Notes: generated by a model from the sequence alone, not told the origin. Positions 1-9,459 are shown, counted from the first letter of the stretch. The stretch: DNA of 64,000 nt from an uncultured Alphaproteobacteria bacterium (GCA_938048755.1 CALIUG010000081.1:271-64270), one strand, 5' to 3'. A program made the numbers and translations.

Positions 1-159
1 CAACCTCGCGCACCGGCAGGCCCGCCTCATTGATCGCCTTGGCGGTGCCACCCGTCGAAATCAGCTCGACCCCATGGTCATGGAGCGCCCGGGCAAACTC
101 GACCAGCCCCGTCTTGTCGGAAACCGAAAGCAGCGCACGTTTGATCTGGACATCGGACA
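1..159 (-). CDS. purH: Bifunctional AICAR transformylase/IMP cyclohydrolase PurH, N-terminal fragment (gene continues past window start)
   Basis: Reverse strand from about 159 reads [53 protein letters not shown], the typical PurH N-terminus (MGS-like domain). Confidence 0.6.
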
Positions 160-255
160 TGGAATCACCGGAGCAGAAAGAGGAGCCGGAGTGATAGCCG
201 ACCAGGGCAAGGGATCAAAGGGTGCGGTGCTGTGGGATGTGGGGAGGGAGTTGCA

Positions 256-771
256 TCAATCGGTACGGCCGTGGAACCCGATCAGGCAAACTTCAAAGAA
301 GGGGCCAGAGTCATCGTCGTACATTGTATTTCGTACCTTCACCAAGGTGCCGTCGGCACCTTTGCTGAACAGATAATCCATGGAATTGGGGGCATCTCCC
401 TGCGTAATACCCTCCGTTTGGGGAACACCATATTCAGCGATCAGATCATCAAGTGCGCCATCGCAAGCTGATGTTGCCCCATCGCCCCAAAGCAAATTGT
501 ACTGAAAAACGACCACCAAGCCTCCGTCATCAAAGAAGTAGTGTGTGGAGGTACCGGGTTCATCATGTTTCCTGACTTCACTCAGGACTACAGCCCACGC
601 TTCACCACGGATTTCACCCGACGCCAGCAATGGGTTGGTCTCCAGCACCACTGGCGTTACCGCTCTGACTTCCTCAGGCGTCATGCCCCATTCGGTGTTC
701 TCCCAACCCGCTTCTGCACCAGAAGCGAGCAGAGTGGCAAAGAGGGCTAGGACACAGCACAAGCGGTGCAT
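256..771 (-). CDS. Hypothetical secreted protein (paralog of the next gene)
   Basis: ORF 256..813 trimmed to the Met that begins a signal peptide (MHRLCCVLALFATLLASGAEA). The mature N-terminus AGWENTEWGMTPEEV is shared with the adjacent gene. Confidence 0.4.
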   Translation of the reverse strand: MHRLCCVLALFATLLASGAEAGWENTEWGMTPEEVRAVTPVVLETNPLLASGEIRGEAWAVVLSEVRKHDEPGTSTHYFFDDGGLVVVFQYNLLWGDGATSACDGALDDLIAEYGVPQTEGITQGDAPNSMDYLFSKGADGTLVKVRNTMYDDDSGPFFEVCLIGFHGRTD

Positions 772-773
772 TT

Positions 774-1478
774 CTATTCCTTGTCTTCCCAAGCGACGAG
801 ATGCACGACACATCGGTCTTCGACGCCAAATTGCTCAACATCACAATCCATGGGACCCCCGTCGGAGTACATCAGATCGACCAGCCGTTCTGAATGCTCG
901 CCACAATCCTGGCTATCCATCCGCTCCGTAGCGCAGGCTCCAAGTGCCTGGATCGCCGTCTCGAGCTCGGCAGACCTTTGCCAGTCCCGAAGGCAGTCGG
1001 TCTGACCTACGATAGCCAGGCTGCAATTCTCATAAGTCACCCGGCTCTGCGTCTGGGGATGTTGCCAGGTTTCAGCCAGCCTGCAGTGTTCCCGAGGATA
1101 CTGCCCGAAGATGGTGTGGCGTGCCTCTGGCTCTCCCAGGCGATCCTGCCATTGGACAAACAGGATGTCGCAGGCCTGCTGACCATCCCGAGAGGGCATC
1201 AGCGCAACTTCCGTCAGGCGGTCCTGCTCCAGCCTGAAGAGCACAAGCACGTCATGGCCTGATAGGGCGTCGTTCATCACGAGAGAGGGTTCAAAGAAAA
1301 GCTCGATGAAGCCGCTGAATTCTGCCCAATCAGCTTCCCGGGGTTCTCTGGCATCACCACCCGTTGCCGCCATCACCTCTTCACGCGTCATGCCCCAGTC
1401 GGTGTTCTCCCAGCCGGCATACGCGGGGTTTTGGACGACCAGCAGGAGAAGAGCGGCGGTGAAGAACAGGGAGCGCAT
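774..1478 (-). CDS. Hypothetical secreted Cys-rich protein (paralog)
   Basis: ORF 774..1529 trimmed to Met18 (MRSLFFTAALLLLVVQNPAYA signal peptide), followed by AGWENTDWGMTREEV. Many Cys in the C-terminal half. Confidence 0.4.
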   Translation of the reverse strand: MRSLFFTAALLLLVVQNPAYAGWENTDWGMTREEVMAATGGDAREPREADWAEFSGFIELFFEPSLVMNDALSGHDVLVLFRLEQDRLTEVALMPSRDGQQACDILFVQWQDRLGEPEARHTIFGQYPREHCRLAETWQHPQTQSRVTYENCSLAIVGQTDCLRDWQRSAELETAIQALGACATERMDSQDCGEHSERLVDLMYSDGGPMDCDVEQFGVEDRCVVHLVAWEDKE

Positions 1479-1530
1479 GACACAACCGTGCCGTGCCGAC
1501 GGACAGGGGTCAAACACCGCATCCCACAAA

Positions 1531-1560
1531 CAAAAAGGGCCGCTCTGAAGCGGCCCTTTC
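1531..1560 (-). terminator. Rho-independent terminator downstream of rho
   Basis: Hairpin GGGCCGCT-CTGA-AGCGGCCC at about 1537-1556, followed on the minus strand by a TTTTTG tract, immediately after the rho stop. Confidence 0.5.
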
Positions 1561-1562
1561 CG

Positions 1563-2885
1563 TTACGTGTTCATCGAGTCGAAGAAGTCGTCGTTGTTCT
1601 TGGTGTGTTTGAGCTTCTCCATCAGGAATTCCATGGCATCGACCGGGCCCATGGGCATCAGGATGCGGCGCAGGACCCACATCTTGGCGAGCTGGCCTTT
1701 GCCGACCAGGAGCTCTTCCTTGCGGGTGCCTGATTTGCCGACATCGATCGCGGGGAAGATGCGCTTGTCGGCGATCTTGCGGTCCATGACGATTTCGGAG
1801 TTACCCGTACCCTTGAACTCTTCGAAGATGACCTCGTCCATGCGGCTGCCGGTATCGATCAGCGCGGTGGCGATGATGGTGAGGCTTCCTCCGCCTTCGA
1901 TGTTGCGGGCGGCACCAAAGAAACGCTTGGGACGCTGCAGGGCGTTGGCGTCGACACCACCGGTCAGCACCTTGCCGGAACTCGGCACCACGGTGTTGTA
2001 GGCGCGCGCCAGACGGGTGATGGAGTCCAGCAGGATTACGACATCGCGCTTCTGCTCGACCAGACGCTTGGCCTTTTCGATCACCATTTCCGAAACCGCG
2101 ACATGGCGCGTGGGCGGCTCGTCGAAGGTCGAGGCAATGACCTCGCCCTTGACCTGGCGCTGCATGTCGGTGACTTCCTCGGGCCGCTCATCGATGAGCA
2201 GGACCAGCAGGTAGACTTCGGGATGGTTGGCTTCGATGGCGTGCGCGATGTTCTGCATCAGCACAGTCTTGCCCGCGCGTGGGGGTGAGGTGAGCAGCGC
2301 GCGCTGGCCCTTGCCCAGGGGAGAGACCAGTTCGATCACGCGGGTCGAGAGATCCTGACGCGTGGGGTCCTGGATTTCCAGATCGAGCTTTTCTTCCGGG
2401 TAGAGCGGGGTGAGGTTGTCGAACGGCACGCGGTGGCGTGTGGATTCGGGATCCTCGAAGTTGATGTGGTTGACCTTCAGCAGGGCGAAGTAACGCTCGT
2501 TTTCCTTCGGGCTGCGGATCTGGCCCTCGACCGTGTCGCCGGTCTTGAGCGCAAAGCGGCGCATCTGGCTGGGGCTGACATAGATGTCATCGGGCCCGGG
2601 CAGGTAATTTGATTCAGGGCTGCGCAGAAAGCCGAAGCCGTCGGGCAGGATTTCCAGAACCCCGCGCCCGAAGATCGGCACGTCCTGTTCGGCCATTTCC
2701 TTGAGGATGGCGAACATCAGGTCCTGCTTGCGCAGCACGCTGGCGCTTTCGATGCCCAGTTCCTCGCCAAAGGCCAGAAGGTCCTCGGGCTTGCGTTCCT
2801 TCAGTTCCTGAAGGCTGAGCGAGTTGTATTCGGAGGCTTTCGCGACGATGGAATCGTCGGTTGTTTCGGATTCGGTAACGGTCAT
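1563..2885 (-). CDS. rho: Transcription termination factor Rho
   Basis: 440 aa with an N-terminal RNA-binding domain, the P-loop PRAGKT and the RecA-like core ([23 protein letters not shown]). Confidence 0.95.
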   Translation of the reverse strand: MTVTESETTDDSIVAKASEYNSLSLQELKERKPEDLLAFGEELGIESASVLRKQDLMFAILKEMAEQDVPIFGRGVLEILPDGFGFLRSPESNYLPGPDDIYVSPSQMRRFALKTGDTVEGQIRSPKENERYFALLKVNHINFEDPESTRHRVPFDNLTPLYPEEKLDLEIQDPTRQDLSTRVIELVSPLGKGQRALLTSPPRAGKTVLMQNIAHAIEANHPEVYLLVLLIDERPEEVTDMQRQVKGEVIASTFDEPPTRHVAVSEMVIEKAKRLVEQKRDVVILLDSITRLARAYNTVVPSSGKVLTGGVDANALQRPKRFFGAARNIEGGGSLTIIATALIDTGSRMDEVIFEEFKGTGNSEIVMDRKIADKRIFPAIDVGKSGTRKEELLVGKGQLAKMWVLRRILMPMGPVDAMEFLMEKLKHTKNNDDFFDSMNT

Positions 2886-3107
2886 GTGGGACCTTGTATG
2901 GGACGACGGGGAGACTTCCCGTGGGTCGTCTGAAGTGAAGAAAGAGTGGGGTTACGCTTGTCGAACCGGCCCGGTGCAGAACGCTTGGGCCCTGGGTCGC
3001 GAACCGGTCTGATGCCGGTTGTTGCGCTTCGTTGGAGCCCTAGAAATAAGCGCGGATCGCGCGGGAGTCAACGACTTCGAGGTGACGGTGGACGCTGGGG
3101 CAGACGC

Positions 3108-3536
3108 CTACTTGCCGGGTGCCAGCGCGGGGTCATTCTTCAGAATGCACCACAGGCCCACCGCTGCGGGCCAGGCGGCCCAGAGACCCCAGGGCACGAA
3201 AAGCGTCACCGTGCCCGAGAGGCTGGCCGCCGTGAAACTCATGTCGTTGCCCGCGATATCGCCGATCAGGTGCACGAAGACGACCATCAACAGCGCCATG
3301 ACAAGCGCGACCAGGAACGATGCCGCCAGGAAGGCCCGCAGCATGGAAAGCCCGCTCTTTTCCAGAAACGCCAGGCCCAGCTTCAGCGTGAATATTGCCC
3401 CCATGAACGGCAGCAGCAGCGGAAAGGCAAACATCAGGGACTGGATCGAATAGGGCCAGACCATCATGTAGGCGATGAGCGAGAAGAGGCCGCCCAGCAT
3501 AACAGCCTTGGACCAGAGTTGCGGGGTTGGTTTCAT
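3108..3536 (-). CDS. Hypothetical integral membrane protein
   Basis: 142 aa, highly hydrophobic with multiple predicted TM helices. Its start overlaps the hemJ stop (ATGA), suggesting co-transcription with the heme genes. Confidence 0.5.
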   Translation of the reverse strand: MKPTPQLWSKAVMLGGLFSLIAYMMVWPYSIQSLMFAFPLLLPFMGAIFTLKLGLAFLEKSGLSMLRAFLAASFLVALVMALLMVVFVHLIGDIAGNDMSFTAASLSGTVTLFVPWGLWAAWPAAVGLWCILKNDPALAPGK

Positions 3537-3985
3537 CAGAACGGCTTTACCACGACCATGATGACGATGACGACCATCAGCACCGCGGGCACCTCGTTCA
3601 CGAACTTGTAGAAACGCGCCGATCGGGTGTTGCGGTCCTCGGCAAAGGCGCGGCGCCAGCGTGACAGCTCACCATGAAGGCCCACCATCACGATGACCGC
3701 GACCAGCTTCACATACCACCAGCCCTCGCTCCAGATGCCCATGCCGCGGTCGAAAAACAGCAGGCCACCCAGCACGAAGACCAGGATCATGGCGGGGTTG
3801 ATAATGCCGCGCAGCAGGCGCCGTTCCATCACCTTGAAGGTTTCCGACTGCACCGATCCGATTTCGGCATCGACGTGATAGGCAAAGAGCCGCGGCAGAT
3901 AGAGCATGCCCGCCATCCAGGCGATCACAGCAATGATGTGGAATGCCTTGATCCAGATATAGGCGCCGCCCAGAAACCCTTCCAT
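3536..3985 (-). CDS. hemJ: Protoporphyrinogen IX oxidase HemJ (CopD-like, UPF0093)
   Basis: About 150 aa membrane protein starting MEGFLGGAYIWIKAFHIIAVIAWMAGMLYLPRLFAYH, the HemJ signature. Sits directly downstream of hemH with a GGAGG RBS. Start trimmed to Met16 of the ORF. Confidence 0.75.
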   Translation of the reverse strand: MEGFLGGAYIWIKAFHIIAVIAWMAGMLYLPRLFAYHVDAEIGSVQSETFKVMERRLLRGIINPAMILVFVLGGLLFFDRGMGIWSEGWWYVKLVAVIVMVGLHGELSRWRRAFAEDRNTRSARFYKFVNEVPAVLMVVIVIMVVVKPF

Positions 3986-3987
3986 GG

Positions 3988-5019
3988 TCAGGCCTCCATG
4001 CAGGGACACTTGCCCCAGGCACCGGGGCACAGCCGTCGGCCGGTATCGGGTCCAAGATCAGGGGCACCCGGCTCCAGGGTGGTGCGCACAATGCCGGCAA
4101 GGCCTTCGATGAAAGCCTCTTCGACACCCAGTGCCGGAACCCGCAGATAGGGCGCACAGCCGTTCTTGCCGGCCATTTCGGCATATTCGATATCAAGCTC
4201 GACCAGGGTTTCGGAATGTTCCGAGACAAAGGCGATCGGCACCACGACAGCACCCTTGCCCTCCTTGCCCGCGCGTTTGATTTCATCATCGGTTGAGGGA
4301 CCGATCCAGGTCAGCGGCCCCACGCGTGACTGGTAACAGACCTGCCAGTCCAGATCGGGTCTGGCCAGTTTTGCGACCACCGCCGCGGCGGTCTGTTCGA
4401 TCTGCCACTGATAGGGATCGCCTGCCTTGACGATCTTTTCGGGCAGGCCGTGGGCCGAGAAGAGGACCCGAACCGGCTGATCGCCCGCCTTGTCGAGGGT
4501 ACGATCGAGCAGGGCGGCATGGGCAGCAATCAGGCCCTCATGCATGGGATAACAGCACACCGCTTTGGTCGGGGCCTTGATCCCGGCCTTTTCTGCGGCA
4601 CGGTGCCATGCCTGCATCGACGAGCCCGTCGTGGTGGTCGAGAATTGCGGATAGAGCGGCAGCAGGATCACGCGATTGGGTGCAAAGGCAGCGACCTCCA
4701 TCGCCGTGTCCTGGGCCATGGGATGCCAGTAACGCATGGAGATGAAGACCCGGGTTTCCTCATCATCCAGGGCCGCTTCCAGCTTGGCTGCCTGGGCACG
4801 GGTTTCTTCCAGCAGCGGGGACTTGCCGCCGATCAGCGCATAGATCTTGCGGGCTTCCTTCTGGCGTTTGTTGGAAATGACCGACGCCAGGAGCGGGCGC
4901 AGCGGCCAGGGCAGGCCGATGATTGCGGGATCGTTGAAGAGGTTGTTGAGAAAGGGCTGGATCGCATCAGGCGAATCGGGACCACCCAGATTGAAGAGCA
5001 CCACGGCCGTGCGCGTCAT
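3988..5019 (-). CDS. hemH: Ferrochelatase
   Basis: 343 aa; N-terminus MTRTAVVLFNLGGPDSPDAIQPFLNNLFNDPAI is classic ferrochelatase. Confidence 0.95.
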   Translation of the reverse strand: MTRTAVVLFNLGGPDSPDAIQPFLNNLFNDPAIIGLPWPLRPLLASVISNKRQKEARKIYALIGGKSPLLEETRAQAAKLEAALDDEETRVFISMRYWHPMAQDTAMEVAAFAPNRVILLPLYPQFSTTTTGSSMQAWHRAAEKAGIKAPTKAVCCYPMHEGLIAAHAALLDRTLDKAGDQPVRVLFSAHGLPEKIVKAGDPYQWQIEQTAAAVVAKLARPDLDWQVCYQSRVGPLTWIGPSTDDEIKRAGKEGKGAVVVPIAFVSEHSETLVELDIEYAEMAGKNGCAPYLRVPALGVEEAFIEGLAGIVRTTLEPGAPDLGPDTGRRLCPGAWGKCPCMEA

Positions 5020-6164
5020 GACGGCATCTCCCGATGATGACCGCGCACCGTCGCCACCAGTTCAGCGACGTGGTCGGGCGGGGTTTCCTTGATCACGCCG
5101 TGACCCAGGTTGAAGACATGGGGACCCTCGCCTGCGGCATCGAGAATGGCCCTTGCTCCCGCACGCAAGGCATCGCCACCAGCCAGCAACAGCTCGGGAT
5201 CCAGATTGCCCTGGATGGGCCCGCCACGTTGCAAATCCGCCATGGCTGGCAGCGAAACACCCTGATCAATCTGGAGAACATCAATGCCCGTCTCGGCGCG
5301 ATAACGCGCGTAGGCATCACCGGCACCGCGGGGAAACCCGATGAAGGGAATGCCCGGCCGTGCAGCATGGACCTCGGCCACGATCTGGCGCGCGGGCCCA
5401 ATGGACCAGCGATCGAAGGCAAAACCGTTCAGCAGACCTGCCCAGCTGTCGAAAAGCTGCACAGCCTGGGCACCGGCATCGATCTCGCCGATCAGCAGCG
5501 CAGCGACAGAACGCGAGAGCACATCGAGCAGACGATCCAGCAGATCGGGATCGTCACGCATCAGGTCCCGTGTCCGGGGAAAGTCTCCGCCACCGCGCCC
5601 GTCGATCATGTAGGCGGCAAGGGTGAAGGGCGCACCGGCAAATCCGATCAGCGCGGTGTCGGGATCAAGCGCAGCACGCACCCTGCCAAGCGTATCCATC
5701 AACGGCTGGTTGCCTGGAACCACGCATTCGGGATCAAGCGATGCAACGTCCCCGGCGCCCTCAAGCGGATCGAGGAGCGGACCTTCGCCCTCGGCAAAGC
5801 GCAGATTGCGGCCCATGGCATCGGGGATGATCAGGATATCGGAGAACACGATGGCAGCATCAAACGCAAAGCGCCGGATCGGCTGCAGGGTGATCTCGGT
5901 TGCGATCTCTGGCGTGTTGGCACAGGTCAGGAAGTCGCCGGCCTCCTCACGCAGGGCACGGTATTCCGGCAGGTACCGGCCGGCCTGGCGCATCAGCCAG
6001 ATCGGTACGGGGTCCATGCGTTGACCGCCCAGAGCCTTGATCAGGCGTGGGGTCACGGGGGTTGGGAGAGGCGATGATGTGTTCACGAAGTGGGGACTTA
6101 CACCCTTCCCCCCTTCAATAAAAGAAGGTCTAAAAGGTTGTGGTAGTAGTGAATCCCTGTCCAT
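5016..6164 (-). CDS. hemE: Uroporphyrinogen decarboxylase
   Basis: Contains PIWLMRQAGRYLPEY and the rest of the URO-D fold. The real start is probably the internal GTG near 6086 (VNTSSPLPTPVTPRLIKAL...), judged by alignment to the E. coli HemE N-terminus. Confidence 0.9.
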   Translation of the reverse strand: MDRDSLLPQPFRPSFIEGGKGVSPHFVNTSSPLPTPVTPRLIKALGGQRMDPVPIWLMRQAGRYLPEYRALREEAGDFLTCANTPEIATEITLQPIRRFAFDAAIVFSDILIIPDAMGRNLRFAEGEGPLLDPLEGAGDVASLDPECVVPGNQPLMDTLGRVRAALDPDTALIGFAGAPFTLAAYMIDGRGGGDFPRTRDLMRDDPDLLDRLLDVLSRSVAALLIGEIDAGAQAVQLFDSWAGLLNGFAFDRWSIGPARQIVAEVHAARPGIPFIGFPRGAGDAYARYRAETGIDVLQIDQGVSLPAMADLQRGGPIQGNLDPELLLAGGDALRAGARAILDAAGEGPHVFNLGHGVIKETPPDHVAELVATVRGHHREMPS

Positions 6165-6477
6165 GTCTTGGATAGCTGTTTGTGGCGTGAGTCACCGACA
6201 GGGTTGTGGACCCTGAGGAAGGCGCTGACATAGTGGTGTGCGGGAATCAGGGACAACACGGATTCTCCGCCGAGTCGCCTTGTGGGAAATCTTGTGGATC
6301 GCTTGTGAAAGGCCTCCATCGATTCACATCCCGTGCGTTACCTTCCACAGGGCGCGTTTGGCGATGTTCCCCATGGGGACAAAAGCGGTCTGAAACTCGC
6401 ATGATGTGGATGGGGGTTGCGCGTCTGTGCAATACCGGCGACTTATCCCCGATGATCCACGATACGCCCACAAGCCC
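6087..6477. other. oriC: Probable chromosomal replication origin (oriC) in the hemE/DUF299 intergenic region
   Basis: Six same-orientation TGTGG cores (TGTGGTAGT, TGTGGCGTG, TGTGGACCC, TGTGGGAAA, TGTGGATCG, TGTGGATGG) plus inverted TTATCCCCG and TGATCCACG resemble DnaA boxes (TTATCCACA). There is an AT-rich tract at about 6113-6138 (CAATAAAAGAAGGTCTAAAAGG). Six GANTC methylation motifs fall within 6151-6325. Position between hemE and the DUF299 gene matches the conserved alphaproteobacterial origin locus. Confidence 0.5.
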
Positions 6478-7296
6478 ATGACGGACTTTCACTTCCATCT
6501 GGTGTCGGATGCCACCGGCGAGACGATTCTTTCGGTCGCCCATGCCGCCGTGGCGCAGTTCGAGGATGTCGAGGCTGTGGAACATGTCTGGGCCCTTATA
6601 CGCTCGACGCGCCAGATGGATCGCGTGCTTGCCGCCATCGAGGCCAATCCCGGTGTGGTGATCTATACGTTGGTCGACCAGGCAAGGCGTGATCAGCTCA
6701 CCCTTGGCTGCCAGAAGCTCAGCGTTCCCTGCGTGCCTGTGCTCGATCCCGTCCTGGGCGTGCTCTCGACCTATCTTGGGCAGCCGGTGAAGGGCCTGCC
6801 CGGCGAACAGCACACCCTTGATGCCGACTACTTTGCCCGGGTCGATGCCATCCAGTTCGTCCTGCGTCATGATGACGGCCAGTCGCCCTATGATATCGAT
6901 GAAGCCGATGTCATCGTTGTGGGTGTCTCGCGTACCTCCAAGACCCCGACCTGTTTCTATCTTGCCAACCGGGGTCTGAAAGCCGCCAACGTGCCGATCG
7001 TGCCCAGCGTGCCCGTGCCTGACGAATTGCTGAGGGCCAAACGTCCGCTTGTCGTCGCCCTGATCCAGAGTGCGGATCGGCTGGTCCAGGTGCGCAAGAA
7101 CCGCATGACCATGCTGAAGCAGGAAGGCGAGAGCGATTATGTCGAACCCGCTGCCGTGCGCCGGGAACTGGCCTATGCCCGCAAACTCTATGAAGAGAAC
7201 GACTGGCCCGTCATCGATGTGACACGCCGATCCATCGAAGAAACGGCGGCCGCCATCCTGCAACTCTATCAGGAACGCTTCGGGGCCCTGCCGTGA
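6478..7296 (+). CDS. Putative pyruvate, phosphate dikinase/PEP synthetase regulatory protein (DUF299 kinase/phosphotransferase)
   Basis: Starts MTDFHFHLVSDATGETILSVAHAAVAQF; has the P-loop-like GVSRTSKTPTCFYLANRG. Start trimmed to Met25 of the ORF. Confidence 0.85.
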   Translation: MTDFHFHLVSDATGETILSVAHAAVAQFEDVEAVEHVWALIRSTRQMDRVLAAIEANPGVVIYTLVDQARRDQLTLGCQKLSVPCVPVLDPVLGVLSTYLGQPVKGLPGEQHTLDADYFARVDAIQFVLRHDDGQSPYDIDEADVIVVGVSRTSKTPTCFYLANRGLKAANVPIVPSVPVPDELLRAKRPLVVALIQSADRLVQVRKNRMTMLKQEGESDYVEPAAVRRELAYARKLYEENDWPVIDVTRRSIEETAAAILQLYQERFGALP

Positions 7297-7904
7297 TGCC
7301 TGCTGACCGCACCCCTCTCATCCTGGCATCGGCCAGTGCCGGTCGCCGGGCCATGCTGGAGAATGCCGGTGTGGTGTTTGACGTGGAAGCCGCCAGCATC
7401 GATGAGGATGCCGTCAAGCAGTCCCTGGGAGCAGAGGGTGCGAGCGTCGAACGGGCCGCCGAGACCCTTGCCGAAATTAAAGCCCGGCGTATCAGTGCGC
7501 GCCATCCAGGCATCCTCGTGCTGGGTTCGGATTCGATGCTGGAATGCGAGGGCCGCTGGTTCGACAAGGCGACCTCCATGGAGGAAGCCCGTGAACATCT
7601 CCAGGCCATGCGCGGAAGGACCCACCGGCTGGTGACCTCGGCCGTGCTGGTGCGCGACGAGGGGCGGATCTGGCATCACACGGCTGTGGCCTCGATGACC
7701 ATGCGAAACTTTTCGGATGCCTGGCTTGATGCCTATCTGGCCGAGATCGGCGAAGCGGCCTGTGCCAGTGTAGGCTGTTACCAGGTCGAGGGACGGGGCC
7801 TGCAGCTCTTTGCCCGGATAGACGGTGACTTCTTTGCCATTGTCGGTCTGCCCATGGTGCAGGTGCTCGATCAGTTGCGGACACAGGGAGTGCTGGCGAC
7901 ATGA
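7293..7904 (+). CDS. maf: Maf-like nucleoside triphosphate pyrophosphatase
   Basis: 203 aa; LILASASAGRRAMLENAGV and the Maf fold. Overlaps the neighbouring genes by 4 bp (operon). Confidence 0.85.
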   Translation: MMPADRTPLILASASAGRRAMLENAGVVFDVEAASIDEDAVKQSLGAEGASVERAAETLAEIKARRISARHPGILVLGSDSMLECEGRWFDKATSMEEAREHLQAMRGRTHRLVTSAVLVRDEGRIWHHTAVASMTMRNFSDAWLDAYLAEIGEAACASVGCYQVEGRGLQLFARIDGDFFAIVGLPMVQVLDQLRTQGVLAT

Positions 7905-8740
7905 TCCATTCGGGAAAGACCATGCTGGCCGGTGTCATGGGCTGGCCGGTTGCCCATTCGCGCTCCCCGCGCCTGCACGGGTTCTGGCTTGAGTCCTATC
8001 GCATCGATGGTGCCTATGTGCCGCTTGCCGTCCCGCCGGGAGGTTTCGAGCGCGCCCTGCGCGCGCTGCCCGATCTGGGCTTTCGCGGGGCCAACGTCAC
8101 CCTGCCGCACAAGGAAGCAGCCCTGGCCCTGGCCGATGAGGCCGACGACATCGCCCGGCGTATCGGTGCGGCCAACACCATCATCGTGCGTGATGACGGC
8201 AGCCTTTCTGCCACCAACACCGATGCCTTCGGCTTCATGGAAAACCTGGAACAACGCGCTCCGGGCTGGCCGTCGGGCCGCGATGCCGTGTTGCTGGGTG
8301 CTGGCGGTGCCAGTCGTGCCGTGATCGTTGCGTTGCTGGAAGCAGGCGTGCCCGGCATCCGGCTGGCCAACCGCACCGCCGAACGTGCCCGGGCGCTGGC
8401 TGACGAATTCGGTCCTGCCGTGGAACTGGTCGCCTGGGAGGAACGCAGCGACGCCCTTGAAGGTGCGGGCCTGCTGGTCAACAGCACCCAGCTTGGCATG
8501 ACAGGCCAGCCCGTGCTGGAGATCGCGCTCGACTCCCTGGCCGAAGACGCCGTGGTCTACGACCTCGTCTATGCTCCGCTCGAAACCGGTCTCCTGGCCG
8601 AGGCCGGCCGGCACCATCTGCGCACGGTCGATGGCCTGGGCATGCTGCTCCATCAGGCGCGCCCCGGCTTTGCCGCTTGGTACGGCCGCGAGCCCGAAGT
8701 CAACGGCGCGCTCTACGCCTATGTCGCCGAAGACCTCTGA
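7901..8740 (+). CDS. aroE: Shikimate dehydrogenase
   Basis: 279 aa; GVMGWPVAHSRSPRLHGFWLE substrate-binding motif and GAGGASRAV NADP-binding motif. Confidence 0.9.
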   Translation: MIHSGKTMLAGVMGWPVAHSRSPRLHGFWLESYRIDGAYVPLAVPPGGFERALRALPDLGFRGANVTLPHKEAALALADEADDIARRIGAANTIIVRDDGSLSATNTDAFGFMENLEQRAPGWPSGRDAVLLGAGGASRAVIVALLEAGVPGIRLANRTAERARALADEFGPAVELVAWEERSDALEGAGLLVNSTQLGMTGQPVLEIALDSLAEDAVVYDLVYAPLETGLLAEAGRHHLRTVDGLGMLLHQARPGFAAWYGREPEVNGALYAYVAEDL

Positions 8741-8746
8741 AGGCCA

Positions 8747-9376
8747 GTGATGGTTGTTCTTGGTCTCACAGGCTCCATCGGTATGGGCAAATCGACCGTG
8801 GCGTCGATGTTCGCGAGGCACGGTGCCCTGGTCCATGACGCCGATGCTGTGGTGCACCGGCTTTATGGTCCCGGCGGCGCGGCGGTTGCGGTGAGTGCCG
8901 ACCTGGTGCCCGATGCCGTTGTGGGATCAGGCCGTGATGCCCATGTCGATCGTGGTCGTCTGGGCAAGGCCGTGCTGGGCGATGCCGATGCGATGCGGGC
9001 GCTGGAAGCCGGTGTGCATCCCCTGGTTGGTGCTGAGCGTGATCGCTTCCTGCGACAGGCCTGCCGCCGTGGTGTTGATTTGGTCGTGATGGATGTGCCG
9101 CTCCTCTATGAGACCGGCGGCGAAAAACGTGTCGATGCGGTCTGTGTGGTTTCCGCGCCGGACTTCATCCAGGCCCGCCGTGTTCTGGCCCGGCCCGGGA
9201 TGACGGCTGAGAAGCTCGGACAGATCCGCGCCCGGCAGATGCCCGACAGCGAGAAACGCCGGCGCGCCGACTTCGTGATCTCCACCGGACTCTCGAAAGG
9301 GCTGACCTGGCGCTGTGTGGGGTCGGTGGTACGGGAGCTCAGAGACTGCCACGGCCACATCTGGCCGCCGCGTTAG
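8747..9376 (+). CDS. coaE: Dephospho-CoA kinase
   Basis: 209 aa; P-loop LGLTGSIGMGKST at the N-terminus. Confidence 0.9.
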   Translation: MMVVLGLTGSIGMGKSTVASMFARHGALVHDADAVVHRLYGPGGAAVAVSADLVPDAVVGSGRDAHVDRGRLGKAVLGDADAMRALEAGVHPLVGAERDRFLRQACRRGVDLVVMDVPLLYETGGEKRVDAVCVVSAPDFIQARRVLARPGMTAEKLGQIRARQMPDSEKRRRADFVISTGLSKGLTWRCVGSVVRELRDCHGHIWPPR

Positions 9377-9459
9377 TCATGCACAACCCGGTGCTCCGGT
9401 CCTGTCGCGATCAGCCGGACAAGGGTGTAGGATGACACCAGCCAACCAGACAGTGATCC

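Noticed and set aside
5034-6077. 347-aa plus-strand ORF antisense to hemE. Similar long antisense ORFs occur opposite leuS (24531..25787), metK (41381..42619), ftsK (59761..62034), the sulfotransferase array (34853..36304 and 36210..37940, minus strand) and elsewhere.
   Set aside because: These are typical high-GC antisense open frames with Arg/Gly/Ala-rich low-complexity translations and no motifs. Each is fully shadowed by a well-supported gene on the opposite strand.
6098-6319. 73-aa minus-strand ORF and 91-aa plus-strand ORF (6206..6481) lying inside the hemE/DUF299 intergenic region.
   Set aside because: They fall within the putative oriC and have no RBS or conservation signals. The region is better explained as non-coding origin DNA.
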